Shown here in pieces: positions 17,557 through 28,788 of a DNA stretch of 64,000 bases (positions within the stretch are counted from its first letter, which is position 1; each line of letters starts with the position of its first letter). The position numbers and the translations under genes were made by a program. The stretch spans positions 137,984 through 201,983 of the forward strand of contig CAKOTX010000001.1 of NCBI GenBank assembly GCA_934120315.1. Direction: 5' to 3'. The notes below the pieces were generated by a model. The model was given only the letters and a program-made list of their open reading frames with translations, ran no database searches and was not told where the DNA came from. This DNA is from an uncultured Clostridia bacterium (GTDB lineage: Bacteria; Bacillota; Clostridia; TANB77; CAG-508).

Positions 17557-18225
17557 ATGGGATTTGTAGTTGCGGTGGATGGACCTGCAGGAAGCGGAAA
17601 AGGAAGTATAACACAAATAGTTGCTGAAAAATTAAATTTAGTAACAATAGATACAGGAGCAATGTATAGATGTGTAACATTAAAAATGTTAGAAGAAAAT
17701 GTAGGGCTTGAGGACTTAGAAAAAATTGCAGAAATATTAAAAAATATAAAAATAGAATTTAAAGAAGAAGAAAATACTAAAAAGGTATTTTTAAATGGTA
17801 AAGATGTAACATTAAAAATAAGAAGCAAAGAAGTAAATGAATTTGTTTCACCAGTATCAACAATAAAAATAGTAAGAGAGCACCTAGCAAACTTACAAAG
17901 AGAGATGGCAAAAACAATCGATGTTATAATGGAAGGAAGAGATATTGGTACAAATGTATTTCCAAATGCAGATGTAAAAATATATTTAGATGCAACACCA
18001 GAAGAAAGAGCACAAAGAAGATTTAAACAAAATAAAGAAAATGGAATTGATATTCCATTTGATGAAATATTAAAAAATGTTAAAGAAAGAGATTATATAG
18101 ACAGTCACAGAGAAATTGCACCATTAAAACAAGCACCAGAAGCTATTTATATAGATTCAACAGGAATGACAATAGATGAAGAAGCAGATGAAGTAATAAA
18201 AATAATAGAAGAAAAGAGAAAATAG
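17557..18225 (+). CDS. cmk: cytidylate kinase
   Basis: VAVDGPAGSGKGS...IDTGAMYR. Confidence 0.9.
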   Translation: MGFVVAVDGPAGSGKGSITQIVAEKLNLVTIDTGAMYRCVTLKMLEENVGLEDLEKIAEILKNIKIEFKEEENTKKVFLNGKDVTLKIRSKEVNEFVSPVSTIKIVREHLANLQREMAKTIDVIMEGRDIGTNVFPNADVKIYLDATPEERAQRRFKQNKENGIDIPFDEILKNVKERDYIDSHREIAPLKQAPEAIYIDSTGMTIDEEADEVIKIIEEKRK

Positions 18226-18226
18226 A

Positions 18227-18781
18227 ATGAAAGAAGAATTTTTAAATTTATTAAGGAGCATTAAAAGAGATGGGATAGAAGAATTGATTTCATTTATAGA
18301 AAGTACAGATTTCTTTACGGCTCCAGCAAGTACAAGATTTCATGGTGACCATCCAGGTGGATTACTAGAACATAGTATGAAAGTATATGAAATATTAGTT
18401 GAAAAAGTAAAAAATGCTTCAATAAAATTAGATGTATCAGAAGATACTCTAAAAATAGTAGCTTTGCTACATGATATATGTAAGGTAAACTTCTACAAAA
18501 TAGATTATAGAAATGCTAAAAATGCATTAGGAGTATGGGAAAAAGTTCCATATTATACAATAGAAGATACAATTCCATATGGACATGGAGAAAAATCTGT
18601 AATGATGATAACAGAATATATGAAGCTAACAAGTGAAGAAAAATATGCAATTCGTTGGCATATGGGATTTACAGAACCAAAAGAAGTGTACAACACAATA
18701 GGGGCAGCATATACAAAATATCCATTAGCACTTCTTGTATTTGAATCAGATTTAGAAGCAACATACTTTTTTAATACATAA
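18227..18781 (+). CDS. HD-domain phosphohydrolase
   Basis: H..HGDH ... LLHDICK metal-binding motifs. 184 aa. Confidence 0.7.
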   Translation: MKEEFLNLLRSIKRDGIEELISFIESTDFFTAPASTRFHGDHPGGLLEHSMKVYEILVEKVKNASIKLDVSEDTLKIVALLHDICKVNFYKIDYRNAKNALGVWEKVPYYTIEDTIPYGHGEKSVMMITEYMKLTSEEKYAIRWHMGFTEPKEVYNTIGAAYTKYPLALLVFESDLEATYFFNT

Positions 18782-18897
18782 GAAGAACATCCAATTTATT
18801 GGATGTTTTTTCTTTAAATGTATTGTAAATATCGACAAAATGATATATAATATTACATCATAAAAACGAAAATAAGTATCTATAAAGGGGAAGAGAG

Positions 18898-21800
18898 ATG
18901 TTAGTAAATAAAGCCATAGAACAAGAATTATATGATGATGCAGGAGAAGAAAGAGTAGAAAAAGCAAGACTATATGTACAAACAGGAAGAACACAATTAG
19001 AAAAAATAAATTATAATGATGAAAATAATTTTGAAATTACTGGTAAAGTTACAGGTCAAGAAGTATATAGAACACATATTTACATAGAAGATGGAGAAAT
19101 TGCAGATGTAACATGTGAATGTATAGATTATCAAAAAAGATATGCTGCATGCAAACATATTGTTGCGACTATGATGGAATTTGCTAATAATAGTAAATAT
19201 GAAGAAATGATAAATCATAAAGATGATATAGATATAAATCAAACTTTAAGAAGTGGAGCAAAATACAGAAGTTTTAAACAAATAGTAAATGAATTTTATA
19301 CAGAAGAAATGCATGAATTAGAACAATCTAATAATTCAGAGGATATGGCAGAAAAAATAAAAATCGAACCTAAATTGATATATGATAAATACACAAATAC
19401 ATTAAGAGTTGAATTTAAAATTGGAAATCAAAGAATGTATAAACTTAAAGATTTAAAAGAATTTTATAATCGTATGTTAACAGGGGAAAAATATAAATAT
19501 GGAAATAAATTGGAATTCGTACATAAAAAAGAAAATTTTGTGGAAGAAGACCAAAAACTTTTAGATTTTATATTAGAACAAGCGGAAATTATAAATTTTG
19601 TAAATTCAGATGCTAATTCAAATTATAGATATTATGGAAAAGCAATGAATGAGAGTTATATATTATTGAATAATAGTGGATTAGATGAGTTTTTCAATAT
19701 ATTAAAATCAAAACAAATAATATTCCAAAAAGAATATGCGGAAGAAAAAGTAGAGCTTGTAGATGAAAATCCTGAATTACATTTTGTAATTCAGAAAAAA
19801 GGAAAAAATGAATATAAAATTGTGCTAAGCCAAAAGATAGATTTAATACGAGATATTGAAATATTGCAAGGAAGAGAAAGTAAATATTTAATATTAGATG
19901 ATAAGATGTATCATTGTAATAAAGAATTTGAAAAAACAATATTAAAACTTATAGAAATGCTAAAAGATAATTTTATAACAGAATTAGTATTTGGAAAAGA
20001 GCAATTGCCAGAATTATTTTCTGTAGTTTTTCCTAAAATGAAAAATGGAATAAAATTTGATGGTATAGATGAAAAACAATTAGAAAAATATCGCCCTAAA
20101 AAATTAGGAGTAAAATTATTTTTAGATTTTGATGAAAATGACCGTATTATTGCAGATGCAAAATTTTGCTATGGTGAAGAAGAGTTTAATCCTTTACAAC
20201 AAAAAATAGAAATAAAATATCCAAGAGATGTTGTGGCAGAAAATAAAGCAATAAATATGTTCAGAAAAACAGGCTTTATGTATTATGCTCAAAAAGAATG
20301 CTTCATACTTCCTGACGAAGAAAAGATATACAATTTCTTGTCAACAGATATAAATGAATATATGCAAAAATTCGAAGTAATGGTAACAGATAATTTTAAA
20401 GCAAAAGAAATAAAACAACCTAAAATAGGAAGTGTGGGAGTAAAGATAGAAAATAATTTACTTACAATTGATTTAGAAGGCTTAAATATTGATGCAAAAG
20501 AATTAGAAGAAATAATGGCAAAATATGAATTGAAAAAGAAATACTATAAACTAAAAGATGGTGGTTTTGTAAGTTTAGAAGAAAATCCAGATATTGAATT
20601 TATAGATAAATTAATGACTGGATTAGATATCAATTATAAAGACTTAGAAAAAGGAAACATTAAATTACCAATAAATAGAAGTTTATATTTAAATCAGTTA
20701 TTAAAAACTCTTCCAGATACACAAATAAGTAAAAATTCTGATTACAAGAAAATTATAAATGGTTTGGATAAAGAAAATGGTGAAGATGATATAAAAATAC
20801 CAGAATCACTAGAAAAAATATTGAGATATTATCAAAAAACAGGATATAAGTGGTTAAAAACATTAGATAATTATAAATTTGGTGGAATTCTTGCAGATGA
20901 CATGGGACTAGGAAAAACAATACAAATGTTATCGATAGTAGCAGGATATATTGATGAGGGGACAGAAAGAAGAGCATCTATTGTAATATGTCCAAGTTCA
21001 CTTACATTAAATTGGCAGAACGAAGCTGAAAAATTTACTAATGGATTAAAAACTTTAGTTATTAGGGGAAATGCACAAGAAAGAAAAGAGCAAATAGCTA
21101 AAATTGGAGAATATGATTTGATTATTACATCATATGATTTACTAAAAAGAGATGTGGATGTGTATAAAGAAGATAAATATCAATTTAGATTTGCAATAGC
21201 AGATGAAGCACAATATTTAAAAAATAGTAACACGCAAAATGCTAAAGCCGTAAAAGAAATATTAGCAGATACAAGATATGCATTAACAGGAACACCGATA
21301 GAAAATTCTTTGGCTGAATTATGGTCAATATTTGATTATATCATGCCAGGATATTTGTTTGGATATAAGAAATTCAAAAATGAATATGAAACACCAATAG
21401 TAAAAGATAACAGTGAAAAAGCAATGAAAAAATTGAAAATGTTAATAGAGCCATTTGTACTAAGAAGAACTAAAAAACAAGTATTAACAGAATTGCCTGA
21501 AAAAACTATTACAGTTTTAAATAATCAAATGAAAGAAGAACAAGAAAAAATATATTTAAATTATTTAGCACAAGCTAAACAAGAAGTTGCAGAAGCAATT
21601 GATGCAAAAGGATTTGAAAGAAGTCATATTCAAGTTTTAGCAGCACTTACAAGATTGCGTCAAATTTGTTGCCATCCAAGTTTATTTATAAGAGATTATA
21701 ATGCTGGAAGTAGTAAGTTAGAGCAATGTGTGGAAATAATAAAAGATGCAACAGAAGCGGGACATAAAATATTATTATTCTCAGGGTATACATCAATGTT

Positions 21801-22221
21801 TGAATTAATCGAAAAAGAATTAAATGCTAATAATATAACATATTTTAAATTAACAGGTTCAACAAAAGTTGATGAAAGAATAAAAATGGTAGATGAATTT
21901 AATGAAAATAAAGATATAAAAGTATTTTTAATTTCACTAAAAGCGGGTGGAACAGGACTTAATTTGACAGGAGCAGATATGGTTATACATTATGATCCTT
22001 GGTGGAATGCATCTGCTGAAAATCAAGCAACAGACAGAGCTTATAGAATTGGTCAGAAAAATAATGTTCAAGTATATAAATTAATAACCAAAAATTCAAT
22101 AGAAGAAAAGATATATGAACTTCAACAGAAAAAAGCAGAATTAATAGATAATATGTTAGATACCAAAACATCATTTATTAATAAATTATCAAAAGAAGAC
22201 ATTATGAAGTTGTTTGAATAA
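18898..22221 (+). CDS. SNF2-family helicase with N-terminal SWIM zinc finger (YwqA/RapA-like)
   Basis: SWIM motif CECIDYQKRYAACKHIV. SNF2 motifs LADDMGLGKT and DEAQYLKN. Helicase C-terminal domain. Confidence 0.85.
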   Translation: MLVNKAIEQELYDDAGEERVEKARLYVQTGRTQLEKINYNDENNFEITGKVTGQEVYRTHIYIEDGEIADVTCECIDYQKRYAACKHIVATMMEFANNSKYEEMINHKDDIDINQTLRSGAKYRSFKQIVNEFYTEEMHELEQSNNSEDMAEKIKIEPKLIYDKYTNTLRVEFKIGNQRMYKLKDLKEFYNRMLTGEKYKYGNKLEFVHKKENFVEEDQKLLDFILEQAEIINFVNSDANSNYRYYGKAMNESYILLNNSGLDEFFNILKSKQIIFQKEYAEEKVELVDENPELHFVIQKKGKNEYKIVLSQKIDLIRDIEILQGRESKYLILDDKMYHCNKEFEKTILKLIEMLKDNFITELVFGKEQLPELFSVVFPKMKNGIKFDGIDEKQLEKYRPKKLGVKLFLDFDENDRIIADAKFCYGEEEFNPLQQKIEIKYPRDVVAENKAINMFRKTGFMYYAQKECFILPDEEKIYNFLSTDINEYMQKFEVMVTDNFKAKEIKQPKIGSVGVKIENNLLTIDLEGLNIDAKELEEIMAKYELKKKYYKLKDGGFVSLEENPDIEFIDKLMTGLDINYKDLEKGNIKLPINRSLYLNQLLKTLPDTQISKNSDYKKIINGLDKENGEDDIKIPESLEKILRYYQKTGYKWLKTLDNYKFGGILADDMGLGKTIQMLSIVAGYIDEGTERRASIVICPSSLTLNWQNEAEKFTNGLKTLVIRGNAQERKEQIAKIGEYDLIITSYDLLKRDVDVYKEDKYQFRFAIADEAQYLKNSNTQNAKAVKEILADTRYALTGTPIENSLAELWSIFDYIMPGYLFGYKKFKNEYETPIVKDNSEKAMKKLKMLIEPFVLRRTKKQVLTELPEKTITVLNNQMKEEQEKIYLNYLAQAKQEVAEAIDAKGFERSHIQVLAALTRLRQICCHPSLFIRDYNAGSSKLEQCVEIIKDATEAGHKILLFSGYTSMFELIEKELNANNITYFKLTGSTKVDERIKMVDEFNENKDIKVFLISLKAGGTGLNLTGADMVIHYDPWWNASAENQATDRAYRIGQKNNVQVYKLITKNSIEEKIYELQQKKAELIDNMLDTKTSFINKLSKEDIMKLFE

Positions 22222-22235
22222 AATAGGAGAAAGAT

Positions 22236-23588
22236 ATGAAAGATTATATAACAATTATAGGAGGTGGCCTTGCAGGATGCGAGGCTGCTTATCAAATTGC
22301 CAAAAAAGGAATAAAAGTTAAATTATATGAAATGAAACCAGTTAAATTTACAGAAGCACATAGTAATGAAAATTTAGCAGAAATAGTATGTAGCAATTCT
22401 TTTAAATCAAATTTACATACAAATGCATGTGGGTTATTAAAAGAAGAACTAAGATATATGGATTCTTTATTAATAAAAATAGCAGATGAAACACAAGTGC
22501 CTGCGGGTCAAGCGTTAGCAGTGGACAGAGAAATATTTCCTAAAAGAGTTACAGAGAAAATTGAGAAAAATCCATTAATAGAAATAATACATGAAGAAGT
22601 AACCGATATAGAAAAAATGGTTAAAGAAGGGATTGTTATTATAGCAACAGGTCCATTAACATCAAAAAGAATGGCAGAAGAAATATCAAAAATAACTGGA
22701 GAAGATAAATTATACTTTTATGATGCGGCAGCACCAATTTTGACAAAAGAAAGTATAGATTTTGATATAGCATTTTTCGGAAATAGATATGACCAAGAAA
22801 AGCAAAAAGATGAAACATTAGAAGATTGGAAAAAAAGATTAGAAAATCAAGATGCAAGTTATATAAATTTGCCGATGAATAAAGAAGAATATGAAAACTT
22901 TTGGCAAGAACTAGTAAATGCAGAAATAGTAACATTACATGAATTTGAAAAAAGAGAAATATTTGAAGGATGTATGCCAATAGAAGTAATGGCTAAAAGA
23001 GGAATTGATACATTAAGATATGGACCATTAAAACCAGTTGGATTTGATGATCCAAGAACAGGAAAAAGACCATATGCAATAGTTCAATTAAGACAAGACG
23101 ATACAGATGGAATTATATATAATATTGTAGGATTCCAAACAAATTTAAAATATGGAGAACAAAAAAGAGTATTTAGCATGATTCCAGGACTAGGGAACGC
23201 TGAGTTTGTTAAATATGGTGTAATGCATAGAAATACATATATAAATTCTACAAAATTATTAGATAATACATATTGTTTAAAGAAAAATGAAAATGTATTT
23301 TTTGCAGGACAAATAACAGGAGTAGAAGGATATGTTGAATCAATTTCATCAGGAATGGTAGCTGCAATAAATGCATGTCAAAAATACTTTGGAAAAGAAA
23401 AAATATTTTTTCCAGAAACAACAATGTTAGGGGCACTTGCAAAATATATTTCAACTGAAAATGATAAATTCCAACCAATGAATGCTAACTTTGGAATTGT
23501 GCCAGAATTAAATGAAAAAATAAGAGATAAAAAATTAAAATATGGTAAGTTAGCAGATAGGGGAATAGCGGATTTAAAGAAATTATAA
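22236..23588 (+). CDS. trmFO: methylenetetrahydrofolate--tRNA-(uracil54-C5)-methyltransferase TrmFO
   Basis: ITIIGGGLAGCEAAY FAD-binding motif and full-length TrmFO/Gid architecture. Confidence 0.9.
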   Translation: MKDYITIIGGGLAGCEAAYQIAKKGIKVKLYEMKPVKFTEAHSNENLAEIVCSNSFKSNLHTNACGLLKEELRYMDSLLIKIADETQVPAGQALAVDREIFPKRVTEKIEKNPLIEIIHEEVTDIEKMVKEGIVIIATGPLTSKRMAEEISKITGEDKLYFYDAAAPILTKESIDFDIAFFGNRYDQEKQKDETLEDWKKRLENQDASYINLPMNKEEYENFWQELVNAEIVTLHEFEKREIFEGCMPIEVMAKRGIDTLRYGPLKPVGFDDPRTGKRPYAIVQLRQDDTDGIIYNIVGFQTNLKYGEQKRVFSMIPGLGNAEFVKYGVMHRNTYINSTKLLDNTYCLKKNENVFFAGQITGVEGYVESISSGMVAAINACQKYFGKEKIFFPETTMLGALAKYISTENDKFQPMNANFGIVPELNEKIRDKKLKYGKLADRGIADLKKL

Positions 23589-23744
23589 ATAGACTTTTTT
23601 CGATACGGAAAAACAAAAAAAGAAAAAAATTTACAAAAATACTTGTAGAAAAAAATCAGTTATGCTAGAATATAAAATGTAGTACAATAGATAAAAAATG
23701 AAAGGAGTTTATTGAGTAATCAAATTACTTGATAATGTTAGGGA

Positions 23745-25370
23745 ATGAACGGTTTAGAAGAAATACAAAAAACAATTGAAAATTTTGCTGAGGAGTCAAA
23801 GCAAACAAAACAACAAATAGCACAAATTGAGAAAAAAAGAGCTCATTTAGCTCATGAAAGAAATGAGATGAAAAAACATAATGCTGCCAGTTGGTCAGTA
23901 GAAATTAATGTGCTTGGAAATCAAATAACAGAATTAGGAAATCAAAGCCAAGAATTACAAAATAAACTCGATGCAAAATATAATGAAGTGAAAAAAGTTG
24001 TAAATTTAATGGTTGATAACCAAGTTGCAGAAAATATAAGAAAAATAAATAAATTAGATGAAGAAATTCAAGAATTAAAAGCTAATATTTCTGAACAAGA
24101 GGAAATAAGAGCAAAATACGAAGCACAAAAGCAAGATTTTTATGAGAGATTTGGAAGGGTTCCTGAACTTTCAGAAAATGCTGTAGAAGAAGAAAAAAAC
24201 CAAGAACAAAAATGTGAACAAGCTAAAGGTGAAATAGAATGTGCACAAGAAATAATAGAAGGAATAAAAGAAGAAATTGCTAGTTTTATAGATGTAAAAC
24301 AAGACTTCAAAAATAGAAATTGGTCAAAATTTATCAAAGAGGAAGTGGAAATTTTACCATTTAGTGTAGAAGATGTTGAGACTGAAGAATTTGAACCAGT
24401 TGAAGAATTAGTAGTAGAGAAAATTGAGCCATTAGAAGAATTAGTTATTGAACCATTTGAAGAAAAAACAGTTAAAGAAAATAAAATAAGAGAGTTTAAA
24501 ACATTTGGAATACAAGCTGAGGAAAAAGATTTACAAAAAGCATGGGATTTTGAATCATATAGTGAGGAAATTCCTGAAACTGAAGATATATTTAATCTTT
24601 CAGAAATCAAACAACCAGCAAGTGTTATAAAAGAAGCAAAAGTTCAAGCACAAGCTGATTATGATATAGAAAAAATTGCACAAGCAATAGTTGATGAGAT
24701 TGTTTCAAAACAATCTCAACCAGTTCAAAATGTTGTTGAACAACCAAAAGAAGAAGAAATAATTGCATTTGAAGAAACAAATACTACTGAAAATGTAGAA
24801 CCAGTATTTGAAGGAAAAATAGCAATTGCTAATATAATAGCTAAGGTAGAGAATGAAGAGATTGTCTACAAAGCGCAAATAAATAATGGAGATGAAATAA
24901 AAGTATATCCAGTTAAATCAACATCTTGGAACATGTTTTTAGATGATAAAGAAAAAAGAAAAGAAATAAAAGAAAAAATAATTAATTATGCTGTTGCACA
25001 ATATAAAGCGTTTGATAAAAATGTAATTAAAAAAATTGATCCAACAGTTTGTGAAGTATTTGAGCAATTCGCTGAAAAATATGGTTATGATGAAAGTGGA
25101 TTAATATATAATTATGCTATGTCATATTCTAATAATGTAGAAAGTGAAAGTGACGAAATGCCAGCAATAACTTATAATTTCTCTTATTTGGAAAGCTTAA
25201 GATTGTCAAAACAAGAAAGGAGAGTTGTTGATAGAATTTGTAAAGAAGCAAGAAAAAATATGTATATAGATGTAATAGGAAATCTTGGAGGATTTGCAAA
25301 AATAAAATTCTTATTTAAAAAGATATTTGCTTCAAATAAAGAAAATGCTTTACCAGAAACAAAATATTAA
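23745..25370 (+). CDS. hypothetical acidic coiled-coil protein (541 aa)
   Basis: N-terminal heptad-rich region (KLDEEIQELKANISEQEEI...), a Glu-rich centre, and a globular C-terminal 150 aa. Confidence 0.55.
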   Translation: MNGLEEIQKTIENFAEESKQTKQQIAQIEKKRAHLAHERNEMKKHNAASWSVEINVLGNQITELGNQSQELQNKLDAKYNEVKKVVNLMVDNQVAENIRKINKLDEEIQELKANISEQEEIRAKYEAQKQDFYERFGRVPELSENAVEEEKNQEQKCEQAKGEIECAQEIIEGIKEEIASFIDVKQDFKNRNWSKFIKEEVEILPFSVEDVETEEFEPVEELVVEKIEPLEELVIEPFEEKTVKENKIREFKTFGIQAEEKDLQKAWDFESYSEEIPETEDIFNLSEIKQPASVIKEAKVQAQADYDIEKIAQAIVDEIVSKQSQPVQNVVEQPKEEEIIAFEETNTTENVEPVFEGKIAIANIIAKVENEEIVYKAQINNGDEIKVYPVKSTSWNMFLDDKEKRKEIKEKIINYAVAQYKAFDKNVIKKIDPTVCEVFEQFAEKYGYDESGLIYNYAMSYSNNVESESDEMPAITYNFSYLESLRLSKQERRVVDRICKEARKNMYIDVIGNLGGFAKIKFLFKKIFASNKENALPETKY

Positions 25371-25389
25371 TAAAAATCTGGTAAAAATA

Positions 25390-25472
25390 TTGACATAACG
25401 AATAAAAGATGATAAAATATAAACCGCGAAGAAATTAGCTATAAACTAGCTATTCCGTAGCGGTTTTTATTT
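25390..25472 (+). promoter_or_regulatory. rpsL promoter (TTGACA-17-TAAAAT) followed by a leader hairpin with a U-tract (possible attenuator)
   Basis: ttgacataacgaataaaagatgataaaat, then AACCGCGAAG...CCGTAGCGGTTTTTATTT. Confidence 0.45.
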
Positions 25473-25521
25473 GTCGAAAAAGCAAATAAAACAAAATAAA
25501 AAGGAAAGAGGTGAAATTTAA

Positions 25522-25935
25522 GTGCCAACAATTAATCAATTAGTAAGAAAAGGAAGACAAACTTCAAAGGCAAAATCTACAGCACCAGCATTACAACATG
25601 GATGGAACTCAAAAAACAAAACATTAACAAATAACAGAGCTCCACAAAAGAGAGGTGTATGTACAGTTGTTAAAACAGTAACACCTAAAAAGCCAAACTC
25701 AGCTTTAAGAAAAGTTGCCAGAGTAAGACTTTCAAATGGTTATGAAGTAACATCTTATATCCCAGGGATAGGACATAACCTACAAGAACACAGTGTAGTT
25801 CTAATCAGAGGAGGAAGAGTAAAAGACCTTCCAGGTGTTAGATACCATATTATCAGAGGAACATTAGATACTGCAGGAGTTAAAGACAGAATGCAAGGTC
25901 GTTCAAAATATGGAGCTAAACGTCCCAAAAAATAA
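25522..25935 (+). CDS. rpsL: 30S ribosomal protein S12 (GTG start)
   Basis: [12 protein letters not shown]...[10 protein letters not shown]. Confidence 0.95.
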   Translation: MPTINQLVRKGRQTSKAKSTAPALQHGWNSKNKTLTNNRAPQKRGVCTVVKTVTPKKPNSALRKVARVRLSNGYEVTSYIPGIGHNLQEHSVVLIRGGRVKDLPGVRYHIIRGTLDTAGVKDRMQGRSKYGAKRPKK

Positions 25936-26091
25936 TGAATAATTTAAAAGATTAGTGCACACAATTTACTAAATTAAGGTACTTAAATTTAGAATAGATT
26001 ATGTAGCACTATACGGGAAGGAAAAACGAAATCTTTCCAGAGTAACTTAGACATTTGTTTAAATGTCAAAAAAGAAAAGGAGTGAAGAATA

Positions 26092-26562
26092 GTGCCAAGA
26101 AGAGGATTTATAGCAAAAAGAGATGTATTACCAGATCCAATTTATAATAGCAAAGTTGTTACAAAATTAATTAACAATATAATGTTAGATGGTAAAAAAT
26201 CAGTTGCTCAAGGCATAGTATATGATGCATTCGATATCATAAAAGAAAAAGAAGGAAAAAATCCATTAGAAGTATTTGAAGCAGCATTAGAAAATGTTAT
26301 GCCAGTTCTTGAAGTAAAAGCAAGAAGAGTAGGTGGAGCAACATACCAAGTACCATTAGAAATTAGACCAGAAAGAAGACAAACTTTAGGTTTAAGATGG
26401 TTAGTAACATATGCTAGAAACAGACATGAAAAAACTATGGCTGAAAAACTAGCAGCTGAAATTATAGATGCAGTAAACGGAAACGGTGGAGCATTCAAGA
26501 AGAAAGAAGATACACATAGAATGGCAGAAGCTAATAAAGCATTTGCACATTATAAATGGTAA
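26092..26562 (+). CDS. rpsG: 30S ribosomal protein S7 (GTG start)
   Basis: [19 protein letters not shown]. Confidence 0.95.
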   Translation: MPRRGFIAKRDVLPDPIYNSKVVTKLINNIMLDGKKSVAQGIVYDAFDIIKEKEGKNPLEVFEAALENVMPVLEVKARRVGGATYQVPLEIRPERRQTLGLRWLVTYARNRHEKTMAEKLAAEIIDAVNGNGGAFKKKEDTHRMAEANKAFAHYKW

Positions 26563-26580
26563 AAAGGGGGAAGAAATAAA

Positions 26581-28665
26581 ATGGCAGGAAGAGCATACCC
26601 ATTAGAAAGAACAAGAAATATAGGAATAATGGCTCACATTGATGCTGGTAAAACAACAACAACAGAGAGAATATTATTCTATACAGGAAAAACACATAAA
26701 ATAGGTGAAGTTCACGAAGGTGCAGCAACAATGGACTGGATGGAACAAGAGCAAGAAAGAGGTATCACAATTACATCTGCAGCAACAACATGTTTCTGGA
26801 AAAATAATAGAATCAATATTATTGATACTCCAGGTCACGTTGACTTTACAGTTGAAGTACAAAGATCTTTAAGAGTACTTGACGGAGCTGTTACAGTATT
26901 AGCTGCAAAAGGTGGAGTTCAACCTCAAACAGAAACTGTTTGGAGACAAGCAGATAAATACCAAGTACCAAGAATGGTATATGTAAATAAAATGGACATC
27001 GTTGGAGCAAACTTTATGCTTTGCGTTGACCAATTAAAAAATAGATTACGTGCAAATCCAGTACCTGTTCAATTACCAATTGGAGCTGAAGATAACTTCA
27101 AAGGAATTGTTGATTTAATTAAAATGAGAGCATTCATCCATAAAGATGATTTAGGAAAAGAAATTGAAGAAACAGACATTCCAGAAGATATGTTAGAAGA
27201 AGCTAAAAAGTGGAGAACAACAATGGTTGAAGCAGCATGTGAACAAGATGAAGAATTAATGATGAAATATTTAGACGGTGAAGAACCATCTGAAGAAGAA
27301 ATCAAAAAGGCCATAAGAAAAGGAACAATAGCAAATCAAATCGTTCCTGTAACATGTGGATCTTCATATAAAAATAAAGGTGTACAAGAATTATTAAACG
27401 CAATAGTTGACTATATGCCATCACCATTAGATATACCACATATCAAAGGTGAAACATTAGATGGTGAACCAACAGAAGCTAAAACTTCTGATAGTGAACC
27501 ATTTGCAGCTTTAGCATTTAAAATTGCAACAGATCCATTCGTAGGAAAACTATGTTTCTTTAGAGTATATTCAGGAACATTAGAAACAGGATCAACAGTT
27601 TTAAATTCAAGCAAAGATAAGAAAGAAAGAATCGGAAGAATTCTACAAATGCACTCAAATCACAGAGAAGATATTGAAAAAGTATATGCTGGTGATATTG
27701 CAGCTGCAGTAGGATTAAAAGATGTTACAACTGGAAATACTTTATGTGATCCAGAACATCCAATAATTCTAGAATCAATGGAATTCCCAGAACCAGTTAT
27801 TGATATAGCTATTGAGCCAAAAGATAAAGCAGCTCAAGAAAAAATGGGAATAGCTTTAGCAAAATTAGCTGAAGAAGACCCAACATTCAAAGCTTACACA
27901 AATCAAGAAACAGGACAAACAATTATCGCTGGTATGGGTGAATTACACCTAGATATCATCGTTGATAGATTAAAGAGAGAATTCCATGTAGAATGTAATG
28001 TAGGTAAACCACAAGTTGCTTACAAAGAAACAATCAGAAATAAAGTAAAAGTTCAAGGTAAATTTATTCGTCAATCTGGTGGTAAAGGACAATACGGTGA
28101 TGTATGGTTTGAAATGGAACCACTAGAACCAGGAAAAGGAATTGAATTCGAAAGCAAAATCGTTGGAGGAGCAGTTCCAAAAGAATATATTAAACCAATT
28201 GAACAAGGAATGAGAGAAGCTGCTGAAAGCGGTATCTTAGCTGGATATCCAGTAATTGACTTCAAAGTATCATTAGTTGATGGTTCTTACCATGAAGTTG
28301 ACTCATCAGAAATGGCATTCAAGATTGCTGCATCTATGGCATTCAAAGAAGGATGTAAACAAGCTAAATCAGTTATCTTAGAGCCAATCATGAAAGTTGA
28401 AATAACAGTTCCAGAAGAATACATGGGAGATGTTATTGGAGATGTAAACTCAAGACGTGGTAGAATGGAAGGAATGGAAGCAAATGATGGAATGCAAGAA
28501 ATTAGAGCATTCATACCATTATCAGAAATGTTTGGTTATGCTACAGACTTACGTTCAAAAACACAAGGTAGAGGAACATACTCTATGGAACCATCTCATT
28601 ATGAAGAAGTTCCAAAATCAGTACTTGAAACAATTGTTGCTTCAAGAGCTAAAAAAGAAGACTAA
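26581..28665 (+). CDS. fusA: elongation factor G
   Basis: [20 protein letters not shown]; 694 aa. Confidence 0.95.
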   Translation: MAGRAYPLERTRNIGIMAHIDAGKTTTTERILFYTGKTHKIGEVHEGAATMDWMEQEQERGITITSAATTCFWKNNRINIIDTPGHVDFTVEVQRSLRVLDGAVTVLAAKGGVQPQTETVWRQADKYQVPRMVYVNKMDIVGANFMLCVDQLKNRLRANPVPVQLPIGAEDNFKGIVDLIKMRAFIHKDDLGKEIEETDIPEDMLEEAKKWRTTMVEAACEQDEELMMKYLDGEEPSEEEIKKAIRKGTIANQIVPVTCGSSYKNKGVQELLNAIVDYMPSPLDIPHIKGETLDGEPTEAKTSDSEPFAALAFKIATDPFVGKLCFFRVYSGTLETGSTVLNSSKDKKERIGRILQMHSNHREDIEKVYAGDIAAAVGLKDVTTGNTLCDPEHPIILESMEFPEPVIDIAIEPKDKAAQEKMGIALAKLAEEDPTFKAYTNQETGQTIIAGMGELHLDIIVDRLKREFHVECNVGKPQVAYKETIRNKVKVQGKFIRQSGGKGQYGDVWFEMEPLEPGKGIEFESKIVGGAVPKEYIKPIEQGMREAAESGILAGYPVIDFKVSLVDGSYHEVDSSEMAFKIAASMAFKEGCKQAKSVILEPIMKVEITVPEEYMGDVIGDVNSRRGRMEGMEANDGMQEIRAFIPLSEMFGYATDLRSKTQGRGTYSMEPSHYEEVPKSVLETIVASRAKKED

Positions 28666-28675
28666 TTTCTTAAAA

Positions 28676-28716
28676 ACACTTGCATTTTCTGGCAAAATGT
28701 TATAAAATGCAAGTGT
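28676..28716 (+). promoter_or_regulatory. 13-bp perfect-stem hairpin in the fusA-tuf spacer (processing, pause or attenuation element)
   Basis: ACACTTGCATTTT-(15 nt)-AAAATGCAAGTGT, with no U-tract after it. Confidence 0.4.
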
Positions 28717-28788
28717 ATAAAGAAGTTATTATTATTAAAAAATATAAAAAAGGCCAGTAAATGGCAAAAAATAAGGAGGAATTTAAAA

